64,000 nucleotides of DNA from Octopus sinensis (Eukaryota): contig NC_043000.1 in assembly GCF_006345805.1 (NCBI RefSeq), positions 108,252,001 through 108,316,000 on the forward strand, given 5' to 3'. The notes under the pieces were generated by a model. The model searched no databases. It was given only the letters and a program-made list of their open reading frames with translations, and was not told the DNA's origin. Below, in pieces: positions 41,168 to 56,011 of the stretch (position 1 is its first letter; the number at the start of each line of letters is the position of its first letter). The translations under genes were made by a program, and so were the position numbers.

Positions 41168-43259
41168 TCTTTCATTCTTTTCATTCATATATACATACAC
41201 AGACACACACACACACACACACACCACACACACACACACCACACACACACACATATATATATATGTATATGCGTGTGTGTTTGCGTATATGCAAAGCATA
41301 TAGCATGTAGACAGCCAGATACCTATAAAAATGTTTAGAAATAAAAAAAATTAAAATGCAGTATGCTGATATGCCATAAGATCAAGTAGTGATTATGTTT
41401 ATAGCAGAGATGAAAGCATACAATTTTTTTTCCAAACGCAGAAAAATAAATATATTTATTTCCTGTTTGGCTATTCAAATTCACCTGTATTGCTCAATCG
41501 ATTATTAAACATGTTGCCTTCAAACATCAGAGAAGTGTGAATTATGAATACGATCTTCCAACATCTAAGCAAAATTCTCTTTTTATGAGTATTGATAATA
41601 CAAAAAAGAAATAAATTATAATAATGATAATAATAAAAATAACTGAACCGCATAAATATCATGTAATTTTTGGCTTCTCTGTTGAGAGCAGAATCACTTT
41701 TAGAAAACTTCATTGTGCATATTAGTGTGACAAACAAGAAAACTTAGTGAGTGCATTGTGTTATATAATGCAAATCAAATACGATAATAGAAATATCTTG
41801 TCAAAAAGGAAAATCCCCTGTAAATGAAGTAACTAGCACTAGCAAGGAGTAATAGACTTACTCAACATAGCAAAAGGAATCCTCTTTTTATAACAGTGTC
41901 TCAATGCCTATATTGATTTCAAACTTTGTCCTATTGTTAAACACTGATACAGTAATGCCTCGATATAAGAGTTAATATATTCCCAGAGACCGCTTGTAAA
42001 TTGAAACTTATGAGCCAGAGCAATACTTTTCCATAGTAGCATTGTTATAAATTGTAATTCATTTCCAGAAAAATATTTTACCTATAAGATTTATAATTCA
42101 ACTAAATAAATGGCAATAAAACAACAGTAGAATGTAAAGAATAGTTTATGTAAAATATAAAGAATGTCAAATCAAAATCAATTATGATAAAAAATATTAT
42201 TACTATCGTTTTCTGAATCACTTTCACTCGCACTAGACTCCCGCACATCACTTCTAGACTGATGTAACACTGTCCATAAAAGAAAGTATCATATTATTGA
42301 GTGCACAAATATTTTCTGAATGTTCGTTCAGCTAAAAAAAAAAACGGAGAAACCTATGTAAAAGTTTTTTTTTTAATTCGCTAGTGGTTGTCCTGAGCCA
42401 AAATCAAAATCCTAACACTAAGAAAAAACGGAAGTCTTGGATATACCAATGGAATTATTCGCTTTGCCCTGTATTGAGTTCATAAAGCATTATGTTAGAA
42501 ATTATTTGCTTGATTGTATATTCCCTTGTTTCAGCTAATTGTAAATCATTGAATACGAATAGCAGCATTATTTATATGACAACCGTCACTTCGATTCATT
42601 TTTTTTTTGTAAGGTTCTTCATGCGAACTTGTGTGTTGAAACAAATGTTGTTTCTTGGTGGAGTCATTACACCAATAATAAACACACGCACTGGTTCAAT
42701 TCCCTTTCTTTATTATTACTCAATTGGTTAGTTATCTAAGCGGCTAATTAATCGATCACTTGCTTAATCACTCGGTTAAACAATCTGTAGAATTTGGTGG
42801 CAGAGTGTATGTCATTGATGGTGGTATGTCATGCAAGTGATTGCTTGTTAAACTGACTAATAATGAAGCAAACGATCGATTATATTATTGGTTATTTAAT
42901 TAAATATATGACTAATAATAAAGAAATGAAATTGAACCGATACATGTGTTTGCCATTGGCATAACGACTCGCCCTAATCACAACTAAGCTTAATATTCAT
43001 TTGGTCCTTTAATCTAGATTCAAAGCTTGGTGCCCAACAACGATAACAACAGCAAAGACACCAGCAACAACAACATCAGCAGCAACAACAACACCAGCAA
43101 CACTAATAAAAACAGCAAACAATAGAAAATAAAAAAGTCTAAGAATTAATGTCCAAAATATGCGTCAGTCTCTGAAAAACCTTCATTTTCTTTCAAATAA
43201 TTGTTCCAAATTTAGGCACAGGTCTTTTTTACAGTTTTCAGACCTACTTGCTAGGAGAT

Positions 43260-44290
43260 AATATAGATTCCAGTACTTGTATGGTACTCTAGTTTATCGA
43301 CTCGGAAAAGATTTGAAATCAGAAAATAAAGAACTGAATGAAATACCTAATTGTATTCCTTATTGTGGTTTTCAATTTAGGCATAAGAGCAGCAACTTTT
43401 GTGGGGTGTGGTATCAGCTGATACCATCAATCCCTGTACTTGAAGGATGCTTTACTTTATTGATTCCCGAAAGGATGAAAGGTAAAGTTTACCTCTCCGC
43501 CTATTCAGAAAGTAAATAGCCAGGCTAGATATCCGAAAATACTTCTTCAACTCTCTAACGATTCTGAAAGGTTGGTTGCTGCCTTGATTGTGGTTTTACT
43601 AACTGTTTCTAATGCTGGCATGAAGCGAGCTATTTTTAGGAGAGTTATTCGATTACTTATTTCATTGATACCGAAATTATGAAACGCGAGTTGTCCTCGG
43701 CGTGATTTGAACTCAGAACGTAAATATCTGAAATGTGTTGCAAATATAAGAATCAAACATAATGTTAAAAGGTTCATCAGTTTAAAATCTCCCATCAACA
43801 TTTGACAAATAAATGGTTCATTATATTTTTGAAACTATCCGGTGAATTGGCAGAATCACAAGAGCGTCGGAAAATGCCTTCCGGTAGTTGTTCCAGCACG
43901 CTATATTTTCTGAATTCAATTCCCAGCGACTTCAACTTTATCCTTCATTCCCCCGGGATTAATAAGATAATCTACCAGTCAAGCACTGGAATTGATTTTA
44001 TCGGATAATACCTTCCGCTCAAAATGGCAGGTTTAAGAGAAATCATTAATTTTTTTTTATTCTTGTTATAGGTTGGTGGGTTGCAAGATTCGTTAGAGTG
44101 TCGGAGGAAAATGTTTATAGTATTTCTTTCTGCTTCTAATATTTCCAAGTTCAAATCCTCCCGAGGTCAACTTCGGCTTCCATACAGCCAGACACGATAA
44201 AATGAGGTACCATTCAAATGCTGGTGTTAACGTAATCGACTCTCATCCCTGCTCCCCGCTTGAAATTGCTGGTGGCTCTGATTTGCATCA
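43260..44290. mobile_element. Cluster of at least 4 degenerate family-B SINE copies in both orientations
   Basis: CCCGAAAGGATGAAAGG (~43465, minus), CTCGGCGTGATTTGAACTCAGAACG (~43700, minus), GGTGAATTGGCAGAA (~43842, plus), GTTCAAATCCTCCCGAGGTCAACTT (~44150, plus). Confidence 0.7.
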
Positions 44291-44714
44291 GGCTTCAGGC
44301 TCTTGTTTGATGAGGCTGGGGTCATTCCAAGTTAGTGGTCCCAGAGGCATTTTAATGCGTAGAGCCGACAAGGTCCACCTGTACTCTCCATCGCTGGCGG
44401 TCCTTTGCTAGCCCTATGCATCTTCCAAGATGGCATCAAGCCTCTGGAGATCTTCGTCAGTCACGTCCAGCCATCTGGTACGGGGCCTGCCATAAAGCCT
44501 CTTCTAGCCCGCAGCTGTTGCATGGAATGAGAGTAAGGCCCTAATAGGATGATCAAGCGGGAGACGGAGGACATGTCTTTACCAGTGCATGCGACGGATC
44601 GCTATGAGGTGGGAGGCTGCGGGCTGATGCATGCACGCACGCAGTTCTTTGTTGGAATCATAATGATACCAACTGATGTTCTTGATTATGCTTAGAAATT
44701 TCTTGTCTTGTGGC
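44288..44714 (-). mobile_element. RTE LINE 3' end relic
   Basis: SNKELR..IRRMHW*RHVLRLP..G*KRLYGRPRTRWLDV.DEDL..A*GLAKDRQRWR, with a (GCCTGA) tail. Confidence 0.85.
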
Positions 44715-44716
44715 TA

Positions 44717-45993
44717 CGAGGGGCGTTCAATAAGTAATGTCCCTGACCCACTTCCCATAGCAGTAGAGCAACGAAACTTGGCACAGTTATTAGTCTTTTT
44801 CTACATAGGAACCGCCAAGAGCTACGCATTTCTCCCATCATTTGATGCAGCTCTGGAGACCGTTTTTGTAGAAGACCCCAGCTTGGTCCTCCAACCACGA
44901 CGTGACTTCAGAAATCAAGGCTGCATCATCTGGGAAATGCTTTTCTTTCAAAATCAACTTCATGGCTGGAAAGAGGTGAAAATCAGAGGGTGCAAGGTCA
45001 GGAGAGTAGGGGGATGGGGGAGGGGTTCATAGCCGCACGCCTGTGCTTCTGATCTGGCGACACGCGAGTTGTGGACCGGAGCGTTGTCGATGCCTTTGCT
45101 GATCTTGCCCCGCCTCTTGATTTTGATAGCTTCTCTTAACTTCCTCAAAAGTGAAGCATAATAGGCTCCTGTAATTGTGGTACCCTTTGCCAGGAAATCT
45201 GTCATCACTACTCCGTCCTGGTCCCAGAAGACTGAGCATGACCTTGCCAGCGGAGGGCTGCACCTTTGCCTTCTTTAGAGGGGGTGAGTCATGGTGCTTC
45301 CACTGCATTGACTGGGCTTTGGTCTCTGGATCATAGTGATGGACCCAGGTTTCATCCTGTGTAATCAGTCTTTTGAAAAATTTTGACTCATCTTCTTGGC
45401 ACATCTCCAAATTCATCCTCGAGCACTCGACGCGTTCTTGCTTCTGGAAAGGTGTGAGCAACCTGGGAATCCATCTAGCAGACACCTTTTGCATATACAA
45501 ATGGTCATGAATGATAGTTTCGACAGACCCGGTACTAATCTTGATCTCATGGGCTATTTGGCGAATAGTTATGCGTCGATCTTCCAAAATGGCAGCCTCA
45601 ACTTGACAGACAGATGCCTCATCAACAGCAGAAGGGGGCGACCAGATCTGGGAGCTGTTTCCACAGAGTTCCGACCATGTTTGAATTCACGATGCCAGCG
45701 TTTTACAAGGTCATATGATGGGGCATAATCACCATAAGTTACTTTCATTTCATCAAAAGTCTCCCGTGGTGTGCGTCCTTTCAAATACAAAAACCGGATC
45801 ACTGCTCGACACTCAACAGGCTCCATTTCACACTTGACTCAGTTCAAACACCTGTAAATCAGAAACCACAATTAGTTCAGAGCTGTAATTTGCCACTTAA
45901 TCTATAGAAATATGAATAATTGCACATGCAAAGTTTCAGCTAGATCAAATAACTGCAAGTGGGTCAGAGGCATTACTTATTGAACGTCCCTCG
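44717..45993 (-). mobile_element. Full-length mariner transposon (1277 bp, D34D, irritans-like)
   Basis: 37-bp TIRs CGAGGGGCGTTCAATAAGTAATGTCCCTGACCCACTT with 3 mismatches; TA TSD at 44715-44716 and 45994-45995. Confidence 0.97.
44790..45826 (-). pseudogene. Mariner transposase pseudogene
   Basis: HTH N-terminus, WIPRLL, QDETW, DNAPVH, YSPDLAPSDF (34 residues between D2 and D3). Frameshifts at ~45636, ~45233 and ~45011, TGA at 44838-44840, probable 12-nt deletion before DNA. Confidence 0.95.
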
Positions 45994-46800
45994 TAAATTA
46001 GAAACAACTATTTATGTTTTGTTTGGTTGTCTAAATACAAAATGGGTCTATTTTACCGTAAGCGCTATCTGATTTATTTTCACTTTCCTTGGCTTGTCAA
46101 ACATAATTCTATTGAATGCAAAATAAGGCTATTTTGCTGCGCTATGCGCCATAGAGGAAATAATGATTTTTAACATAAACACAAGGCTCCAAATTTGGTG
46201 AAAAGGAGGATACAGTCTATTAGACACACACTTAATATTTAACAAGCATTTATTTTATCTCCCCCTAAAGGATTTCTACAGTAAACCAATACACAGAAGG
46301 GAACTCTAACCTAAACCATCTTTTCATTTCTAATGCTTTTTCTTTTTCTTTTTCATTTTTATTTAGTTGTTTACTTTTTGCCTTCTGCTATAAAGCTCAC
46401 ACCAAGCATACACCACTAGGAACTAGGAACAGATATTTATATGATTACATCTGTATGTGACGGTATAATCATTTGAACGTATTTGCCTCTATCGTTTATG
46501 ATAACGTAATATTGATATATGTCCCTTTGTGTGTGTATGTGTGTGCTTTATTTTCAAAGAAATGCTTTGCTTGAATAATATTCTATTTTTCATGGTCATT
46601 ATAACAGCAGTGCAGTACTATATTTCTTTCAGAGAAGTAACATTTGTCATTTACATAAATTACATTTAATAGATAGATAGAGAGAGAGAGAGGTAAATAG
46701 ATAGAAAGATAGAAAGATAGATACGTGCATGCATAAATACATAAGTGCATACATACATATATATTTATATATATATATAAATAATATATATATATATATA

Positions 46801-46834
<34 letters not shown>

Positions 46835-47066
46835 TTGTGTGTGTATGTGTGTATACATATATGTATATATATATATATTATACATGCAATATATATATAT
46901 ATATACACGAAATATATATATATATAGATAAATGCAAGATATGTGTATACATGCAAAATACACAGATATATATAACTACGTATATAAATGCATATATATA
47001 TGTATGTATATACTTATAAATATATATATATATACAAGGAACATATATTTACTATATATATGGATA

Positions 47067-47125
<59 letters not shown>

Positions 47126-47601
47126 ACAAATGTATATGTAATTATATTTATATGTGTTTGTGAGTGTGCATGTATGCATGTGTATGAGTATTATGTATGT
47201 GTGTGTCTGTGTCTGTGTCTGTAGATGTGTACACACATATATTGTCGTATATCTGTTTGTAAACCTATGCATTTGCTTGACGTCCATAAAACTATTTCAA
47301 TTTTCTTTTCATTTCCTTTCAAGTGTTTGCTACCATCAAAAAATAAATAAGATATTCAATGCCTCGTTTGTTGTTTTAGAGAATTTAAAATTATTTTCGT
47401 TTCATCTTCTGTCAAATATTCTATTATTGATTATTTTATTATTATTATTTCGCATTTGGCTTTTGTATTTTTTATATATTTCTTCATATGAATATGTAGT
47501 TCTTTATTTCCTTCTCTCTCTTTTTTCTCTCTTTCTCTCTCATACACACGCTCACACACACATAAAGACAGAAATATATATATACATATATACATACATA
47601 T

Positions 47602-47663
<62 letters not shown>

Positions 47664-48294
47664 GTGTGTAATATACATACATATATATGTATATATATAT
47701 ATAAATATATATATTATATATATTTTCACATGTATATCTATATATATGTGTGTGTGTGATTGTGTATGTGTGTGAGTGTGTTGGTTTATATGTATATATA
47801 TGCATGTATGTATGTATGTATAAACACATACCTGTGTGTGTTTGAGTGTGGTGTTCTATGTAATTATGAAAGAAATGTTTAACACGTTTCTCATTTTCTT
47901 ATAGCGTTATATAATATTAAAGCTTCAGGATTGTTTTTTTTTATTATTTTCACTACCTGGTCACTGATACTATCGCATTGCATATATGCAATATGACACA
48001 CGGTGCATCAAAGTGAACTGCACAGTGTATGTGCTATTATGACACTTTTGCGATTGTTTCAGATGCAACACTTGATCTAAAATATATGTATGTGTGTATG
48101 TGTTTATGTGTTGGGGTTTATGTGTGCATGTATAAAAGTATGTATGTCATTCTTCAGTTGTTTTATTCCAAGATTGCTTGCCAATAGGGAAAGAGTCGGT
48201 TTCGAACTTAGATCCAAGGCTCCTTCAATGGAATTTCAGCAACATCAACAAGGTATTTTTATATGTATGTATACGTACAGATTTGTATGTTTTG

Positions 48295-48970
<676 letters not shown>

Positions 48971-49007
48971 GTGTATGTATGTGTGCATGCATGTATGTAT
49001 GTATATC

Positions 49008-49039
<32 letters not shown>

Positions 49040-49199
49040 TGTATGTATGTATGTATGTATGTATGTATGTATGTATGTATGTATGTATGTATGTATGTAT
49101 GTATGTATGTATGTACGTACGTTCTCTTCTGTTTTAAATTATTTGAAATATTGCAGTAAGGAAGGAGATGACTTCTGACAAATATTAAACGGTCTATTG

Positions 49200-49440
49200 T
49201 TGGAAAATAGATAGCAAAAATAAATCCCGTTTTGAACCTGAGAAAATTTGCATATTTTCTTTATTATTTTTCGCTTGCACATAGTATTTGTAATGTTTGC
49301 TATATCCTTCATTTCTTTTTCTGAAAATCCCTGGTTATCCAGATTGTCACGTGGCCATTTGCTCATAAAACAAATTGCACCGATTATTATTAGTATAAAT
49401 ATGAATTTATAATAGATGCTAGTTGTTCTGAAGTATTTAT
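49200..49440 (-). mobile_element. R4/Dong-type RLE C-terminal relic (older subfamily)
   Basis: YKFIFILIIIGAICFM..DNLDNQGFSEKE aligns with YKFRFIPVIIGILG..NLEKLDFSKPE. Confidence 0.7.
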
Positions 49441-49966
49441 CCATAATTATCCGCTTTCTCTTTGATTTTCGAAGAAATATTCACATTAAAAGGGCAGCTG
49501 ATCTCTATGACGATACATGCTTCTTGTTTTCCCCAATCAACAATACCTGGTTTGTTATTTTTCCACGTGACACAAATTTTGATTGAAATGTTCCACCAAT
49601 ATTCCTTGTGTTGCTGTTTATGTAGGTATTCAATACTTTTTGTTGCTGTTGTATAGCAGGTGGTGTCTGAGAGAAGCTATACGACATTCGAAGGCTCTCT
49701 GTACTGATCCCGAGCTTCTATCTTTTCCTCTTTTCTCAGTTAGAGACTGTCGATAACACTACTTTTGTAGAAGTTTCCAGCTGATGTCAGCATATGGCGG
49801 GTTTTCACGTTTAGGGAGTGGATTTTCTCTAGAGCCAGTCAAGTGTTGCAAAAGCTGATATCGGCAAAATATGGGATAGTGTCTTACTGTAAGAGAAGCG
49901 TTCCGATGTAATATTGTCTTACTGTAAGATGGATGGATGCAGATTTGTATGATTTCTTTATCGTAT

Positions 49967-50790
49967 GTATTCTCATGTATATAGTTGCATATCTAGACAT
50001 GCTCATATATATTTAAATGATAAACGTCTGGAAAGTTTTACAGATTTTTACAGTTCCAATGAAGGATTGGATCTGTAGTATTCGAATTTGCTTTCACCTT
50101 TCTGGTTTTGAGAAGCCTAATTTCTCAAGATTGGTATTTAGGCAGTGTGCTACATATCCCAGGGTCCCGATAATTACAGGTATAAACCCGAACTTGAAAT
50201 CTGGATAGAGTAACTGCAGATTCCTCAATAGGTAGCGTAGATATTCTCTTTTTCACTGATCTTCAGTTTTATGTTAACATCTGCTGGGCAGCTACTTTCC
50301 ATAACTGTACACTGTTTCTTTCTCTATCCCAAATGATTATATCAGGCCTTTTGTGCTTACATTTTATTGAAGTCTTCTCTGGGGCATTCGACCAATGCCA
50401 TTTTATTATGTGTGGCTGTGGTTTCTATCATACTGTGGGTTCTTATTTCTTTATCCTCGTAGTTATCATTCCGACATATTTCAATAAAGTGTCCTAGCTA
50501 CAACATCATACCTCATCGGCAGATATCAGCGTGATGACATTTTCGGATACCTCCTTTGATGTGGGTGATATCTTTGGTGTTAACTCCACAAATTTGCGTC
50601 GGTTGTCAAATTTTCCTGCTTTTCCTGCGTCTCTATCCTTTTTGTGCATCAAGTATTTGGTTGATATTTCTTGTTCCTGTGTTGTAAAAGCATACCCTTC
50701 AAAGTGGGAGGTAGTAATCTGGCTATTGGAGCATGATAGACTGCTTTGATGATGCATACTACAATCATCTCGGAACATAGACTTCTGCTC
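49967..50790 (-). mobile_element. R4/Dong-type relic with pre-zinc-knuckle region and RLE PD motif
   Basis: SHFEGYAFTTQEQEISTKYLMHKKDRDAGK..DNR, YDVVARTLY, KCKHKRPDIIIWDR; clearly homologous to the 48403 copy; 5' end abuts (TATG)n. Confidence 0.85.
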
Positions 50791-51004
50791 ATATAGGCTC
50801 ATCATTTCATGTATGCATGTATGTATGTATGTATGTATGTATGTATGTATGTATGTATGTATGTATTTATGTATGTATGTATGCATGTATGTATGTATAT
50901 ATACTCTTTTCTATTTTTAATTATTTACATTCTTCCTAATGAGAAGGAGCTGGTTTCTAATAATGATACAAAGCTCCATCGTTGGAATATTGATAAAAAC
51001 AATA

Positions 51005-51240
51005 TCTCATTTTAAACTTGAGAAAGGTCTTTCATACTTTTACTGTTCCATTTACGAATTGTATTTGTAATGAGCAAGCTGGTTGGTTGATTTCTTTTTT
51101 TGAAAATCCTAGGTTATCCGGATTGTTACTTGGTTATTTATTCACAAAGCTAAGTGCAGGATTTACTATTGATATAAATGTGAATTTATAATCTGGATAT
51201 AGAAGCTGGAGGTTTTGAAGAAGAATTCGTTTACTGTTTC
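51005..51240 (-). mobile_element. R4/Dong-type RLE C-terminal relic
   Basis: YPDYKFTFISI..DNLGFSKKEINQ..LQIQFVNGTVKV*KTFLKF. Confidence 0.75.
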
Positions 51241-52099
51241 TTTAAAAATATATTAAACTTTACAAATGTAGCTGAAATTAAAATTAAAGATTATTTTGAA
51301 TCAACCTATAGAGATGGGCGTTTTACTTTTAGAAATAAATATATCACAAGTGTCATGAAAATTTATTATCGTTGTGGAACGCTTGTTCATAAAACGTCAC
51401 TTTCTTTTAAAACTTCCTTACTTTTCCGTACGAATTCGACAGCACAGACTAGTCACGCGAAGAATAACTTTTCCGACATTAATGACTCACCTACCCATCT
51501 TGTTAAATAACTGTTTGTTCTTCTGATCATACATTCTGAAATTTTCTCAACACTGCAGTGACATCCGTCTCGAGAGTGTATCTACTATGCAGGCATCAGT
51601 TGTAAACATCAGCTCTATCAAAGAAATACCGAAGCAATGCTATTCAACTCTTCACAGTTTGTTCAGTTGATACATCAATTAATAATTACTTTTGCCTGTT
51701 GTAATTAACCTACAATAAGGAGCTGATCAGATGAATAATTTATTCTTTTATATATTTACTGGCTAACGTCTATAGACTGTGGCCAGGCTGGGATACTGCA
51801 ATCAATATTTTAATCAATTATGTATACCTTATGTCTTTGCTATTCATATGGTCGTCTTATATTGATCAGCTGATATTAGCTTTATGGAATAATCTCCTCT
51901 TGGGGAGTTAATAATATGAAGGATGTAGACTAATTTGATTCGGCATACACACAAACGAAGACATACATAAGAACCATACACAAAAACACTCTCACACACA
52001 CACATCCAGATACGTGTGGGGATGTTTGTGGGTGCACACGCATGCATATATTATATATATAAATATATATATAGAGAGAGAGAGTGAATTCACAAAAAA

Positions 52100-52260
52100 A
52101 AAACAAAAGACGAAGACAGGTGGTGTACAAAACAAACAGATGTATTAGTATAACGCATTAGGAAGAGAAAAAATATTTTACGTTTCGAGCCTACGCCCTT
52201 CTACAGAAAGGGACACAGAAAAAAAAAACAAGGAGAGAAACAAGGAGAGAGAGACAGAAA
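52100..52260 (-). mobile_element. Penelope-like pLTR relic with hammerhead-like motif (52177-52210)
   Basis: Minus strand: CTTT-CTGTAGA-A-GGGC-gtag-GCTC-GAAAC-GTA-AAA; abuts (TA)/(GA)n. Confidence 0.4.
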
Positions 52261-53326
52261 AAGAGACTGAGTGATACACACAATTAAACAAATACAAAAC
52301 AGAATGATTGCAGCCAACCCAGACGTAGGTGAGAAACTTTTACTGAGGTTGGGGCAGGACCTAACAACTCTGAATGCTTCCTTCTTACTCTTGGCTCTGG
52401 AAGCCGCTAATCCAGTAAGCACCACCGTGGCAAATTGGTGTTGGACTGGATAAGCAAAACCTTCGCGGTTTCTTGAGACATTATAGCTGATTATAACCTC
52501 CTAGTGTGGTTTCATACAGCAGCCTACATAACAATCAGTGGTAATCTGGATGTTAGGTTGCGTTAGTGCATGTTAGTGTATGTTAGTGATATCTAAGCAG
52601 CATTAGGAATAAAATATAGCAAGACAAAGCAAGATAATGGATTTTATAATTTTACGCTGTAAGGAAGAAGAATACTTGAGTTCAATGTTTCGTACAGTCG
52701 TTTACTGTTAAGAAAAAGCAGAGGAGGTAAAAATAGAAAGGCTCGACGAAGCAATGTTTTATAGAGTAAAGGACATCGTAAATAATCAAAAGAATAATTA
52801 TAATGGACAGTAAACGGGTGGGGACGAAGTTGTGTTTGTCAGCTTGACGAGTAGTGTTGTTTTGATTAGTCAAGGGAGGTAATGTGATACCATCTACGCG
52901 TATGTGCTTATGTGAGTATTTTTTTTATATAAATGTATTTGTGCGACTGTGTTTATTAGTGTGTTTGAAGATAAGGTAATGTGTTCTTGTATGTGATGCG
53001 CATATGGCTATGTAGGTAAGTGTATGTAAGTGTAGGTAAGGCAGTGTATGTGAAGTTGTTATGTGAGCGTAGATGCTGGTGAAATGTTTTGTTGCTGGTG
53101 TGAATGATACATAATGATATGTGTGTATGCGTGTCTAATGTATGTATACTGTATCCGTGTATGAATGTATTTGAGCTCAATCAACCGAGATTAATAATTA
53201 TGTTCTCCTTTACCAATATTTCCCCCGTCAACGTCCTACCCACACATATATAAAGAGCCTCATGAGCACTTCATAATTCCCTCATTTCAAAACACACACA
53301 CACACAAACACACACATACACACTCA

Positions 53327-53360
<34 letters not shown>

Positions 53361-54324
53361 TTCACGCACACATGCGTACGCTACATCTATCACAAATACT
53401 GAGAACTTATTCATTTATAAAAATCTATGCAGTAGCTTACACACACACACATACACACACACATCTGCACATACAAAACATTTCCCAAGACAAGTAAAAT
53501 AAATTTGCCTACATATATTCACACACACCTCCATACATATTCTCACACACTCACTTACACACGCACGAAGACACATATAAATAGTCTCATGTCTTCTCGC
53601 CAATGTCTCGATAACGCACTCACATAAGACGTGTTCTCGCGCACCCATACATGAATTGTTATGCCCTTTTTTTTTTCTTCCCCAAAACTCACACTCTTCT
53701 TCTGTAACTACATCCATCATCCATTATTTCATTCACTTTTAAGTTTTCACCATAAAACATTACCCACGACGAAGCCTTCAAATTTCTTGTCTTATTTTTC
53801 TTTTCTTTTTGACAAAGGGTAAAATGTCAAACATTGAACTCTTCTGTTGAACAACATAAAATTGATTACCTTGCACTCTGTGTGTTTTTGTTCGTAAAAA
53901 TGTTTGTGTATCGTTCGACTGTTCTACATAATTTGTTGTATCATTTCTTCAGTCTGAAGATAGATACTCTCTTTTTTTCAGTGCGTGTTGATCAGCATAT
54001 TTATTTGCCCTTTCTTGCAATTTGAAGAACCTTGAATCTACTGTCACCATTGGTCCTATTTGCCTCTGGTCTTAACTCATATCTTCTCTTATGCTTTTTT
54101 TTAACCCTTATGCTTTTTTTTTAACCCTTTTGCCTATCAACGTCGTAACTGGTGGTGGTGGTAATACCGTGAGAGGATTTTTCGGTCTCCTGATCATCGG
54201 TCCCTATCACTGAGAATGAGATGAGTTGTTCGACTCAGCAGCTCCTGGAAAGTTTTGTCGTTATTGTTGCCGTTCAGTTATCCACTTTCTTTCTCTGTTT
54301 TTATATTTCCCATTTCTTTCACAC

Positions 54325-54550
54325 GTATTATTTATTTATTGCCCACATAGGGGGACAAACAAGTACAGACAAACGGATTAAGTCGATTACATCGACCCCA
54401 GTGTGTAACTGGTACTTATTTAATCGACCTCGAAAGGATGAAGGGCAAAGTCGACCTCGGCCGAATTTGAACTCAGAACGTAACGGCAGACGAAATACCA
54501 CAAAGCATTTCGCCCGGCGTGCTAACGTTTCTGCCAACTCGCCGCCTTTC
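54325..54550 (-). mobile_element. SINE family B, near full length
   Basis: Consensus match to 13311-13543. Confidence 0.92.
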
Positions 54551-55618
54551 ACTCGTATAACTGCTCGACAGACTGCCTTGTAACAATGACTTCTTTTCAA
54601 ACAACAATGTCGAATAGTGCCAGAATATCTTTATGGCTTTTGATGGGTCACGAGAACTTGCATTTCTTCTTTTATAACTAAACTTACCGTCACACATGTT
54701 ACAGATCAACTGTCTGCCCTGCACTTTGTCTTATCCCTTTTTACTTTCAGATAACAATGCGAAACAGCTCCAAAATAGATTTGAGGTTGCATGTTCTGTT
54801 CACATCGTTATATAGTACCTAACTGAACTGAGACGCAAACATGATTACCACCCTAGAGTCATGACGTTATGAATGTTATTTGCCATAACTGTCATGTTGT
54901 ATCGTCACATATTTTAGTGTAGATGCACTTTGCTTTGTTATACTTCATTGCCAAGCAGACTCTTTTCCCCACCAGGCAATTTATATCTCGGGCCAGTCTG
55001 TTTGGTACCAACCCAGCGAACGAACGAAGGTTGGGAACGTTCTCTCCGTTCTTAATCTAAAGTTTCTATTCTTTCTTTCGTGTAGCAGAACACTGATTTG
55101 TGTGAGTGTGTGTTATTGTTGTTGTTATCAATAATCATGTTTTTGGAATTTTCCAAACAAGGTTACTGTCCTGTCATAAAAATCATGATTTTCTTCTGGT
55201 TTGGGAAATAAATGTATTCTGTAGGAAATTGAATTTGTTTTATTGTTTTCTATTTACTGTCCGTAAAGACGTTTTTGCTTTCATTAGAATTGTTTTGATG
55301 CGGAGGTAGGCGTTTTTGAATGTCGTAGTCATTTTAGCTTACGAGTGGAATAAGAAAAATTTTCTTTGCAAATTAGTGTTGCGTTCTTTTTTTCTTTTCG
55401 CCAAACGGGGAAAATAATGAAGACAAGTAAATCCCCATTGTTCTATGTAGTAGCACCCCATTACAAAAGCTACTTTTTCATGCAATTTCACTTGGTAAAG
55501 CTTCATGCTAAAGACGAGACGAAAGGCGTCTGTCTCAACAGCATCAACAACATAAACAACAGCAATGACACAATAGTAACAACAACGACAATACTACTAC
55601 TACTACTACTACTACTAC

Positions 55619-55683
<65 letters not shown>

Positions 55684-56011
55684 TTAATAAACTGAAGTTA
55701 TAAACGCCAATGGAAATATTGGACCAAACTGAGAAAGAGAATGCGAATGAAATTGGAGAAGACACAGAAAGTACTGGGGCAGTTGTATAAGATAGTGAGA
55801 GGAGAGCATAAGAATAAGGTAGTAATCAGAAAATTGAATGGACAGTTTGCCTTTTAGGGACAGTAAGGATTATCAGGAGAGTTCTGAACACTTGAAAGCC
55901 TGCTGCAAACTTGTGGAGATCTAAGATTACACGTAGTAACTTGCTATCCACATAATTCGTACCAGGAATAAGACCGAACCTGAGCCAAACCAAAATAATA
56001 ATAACAATAAT

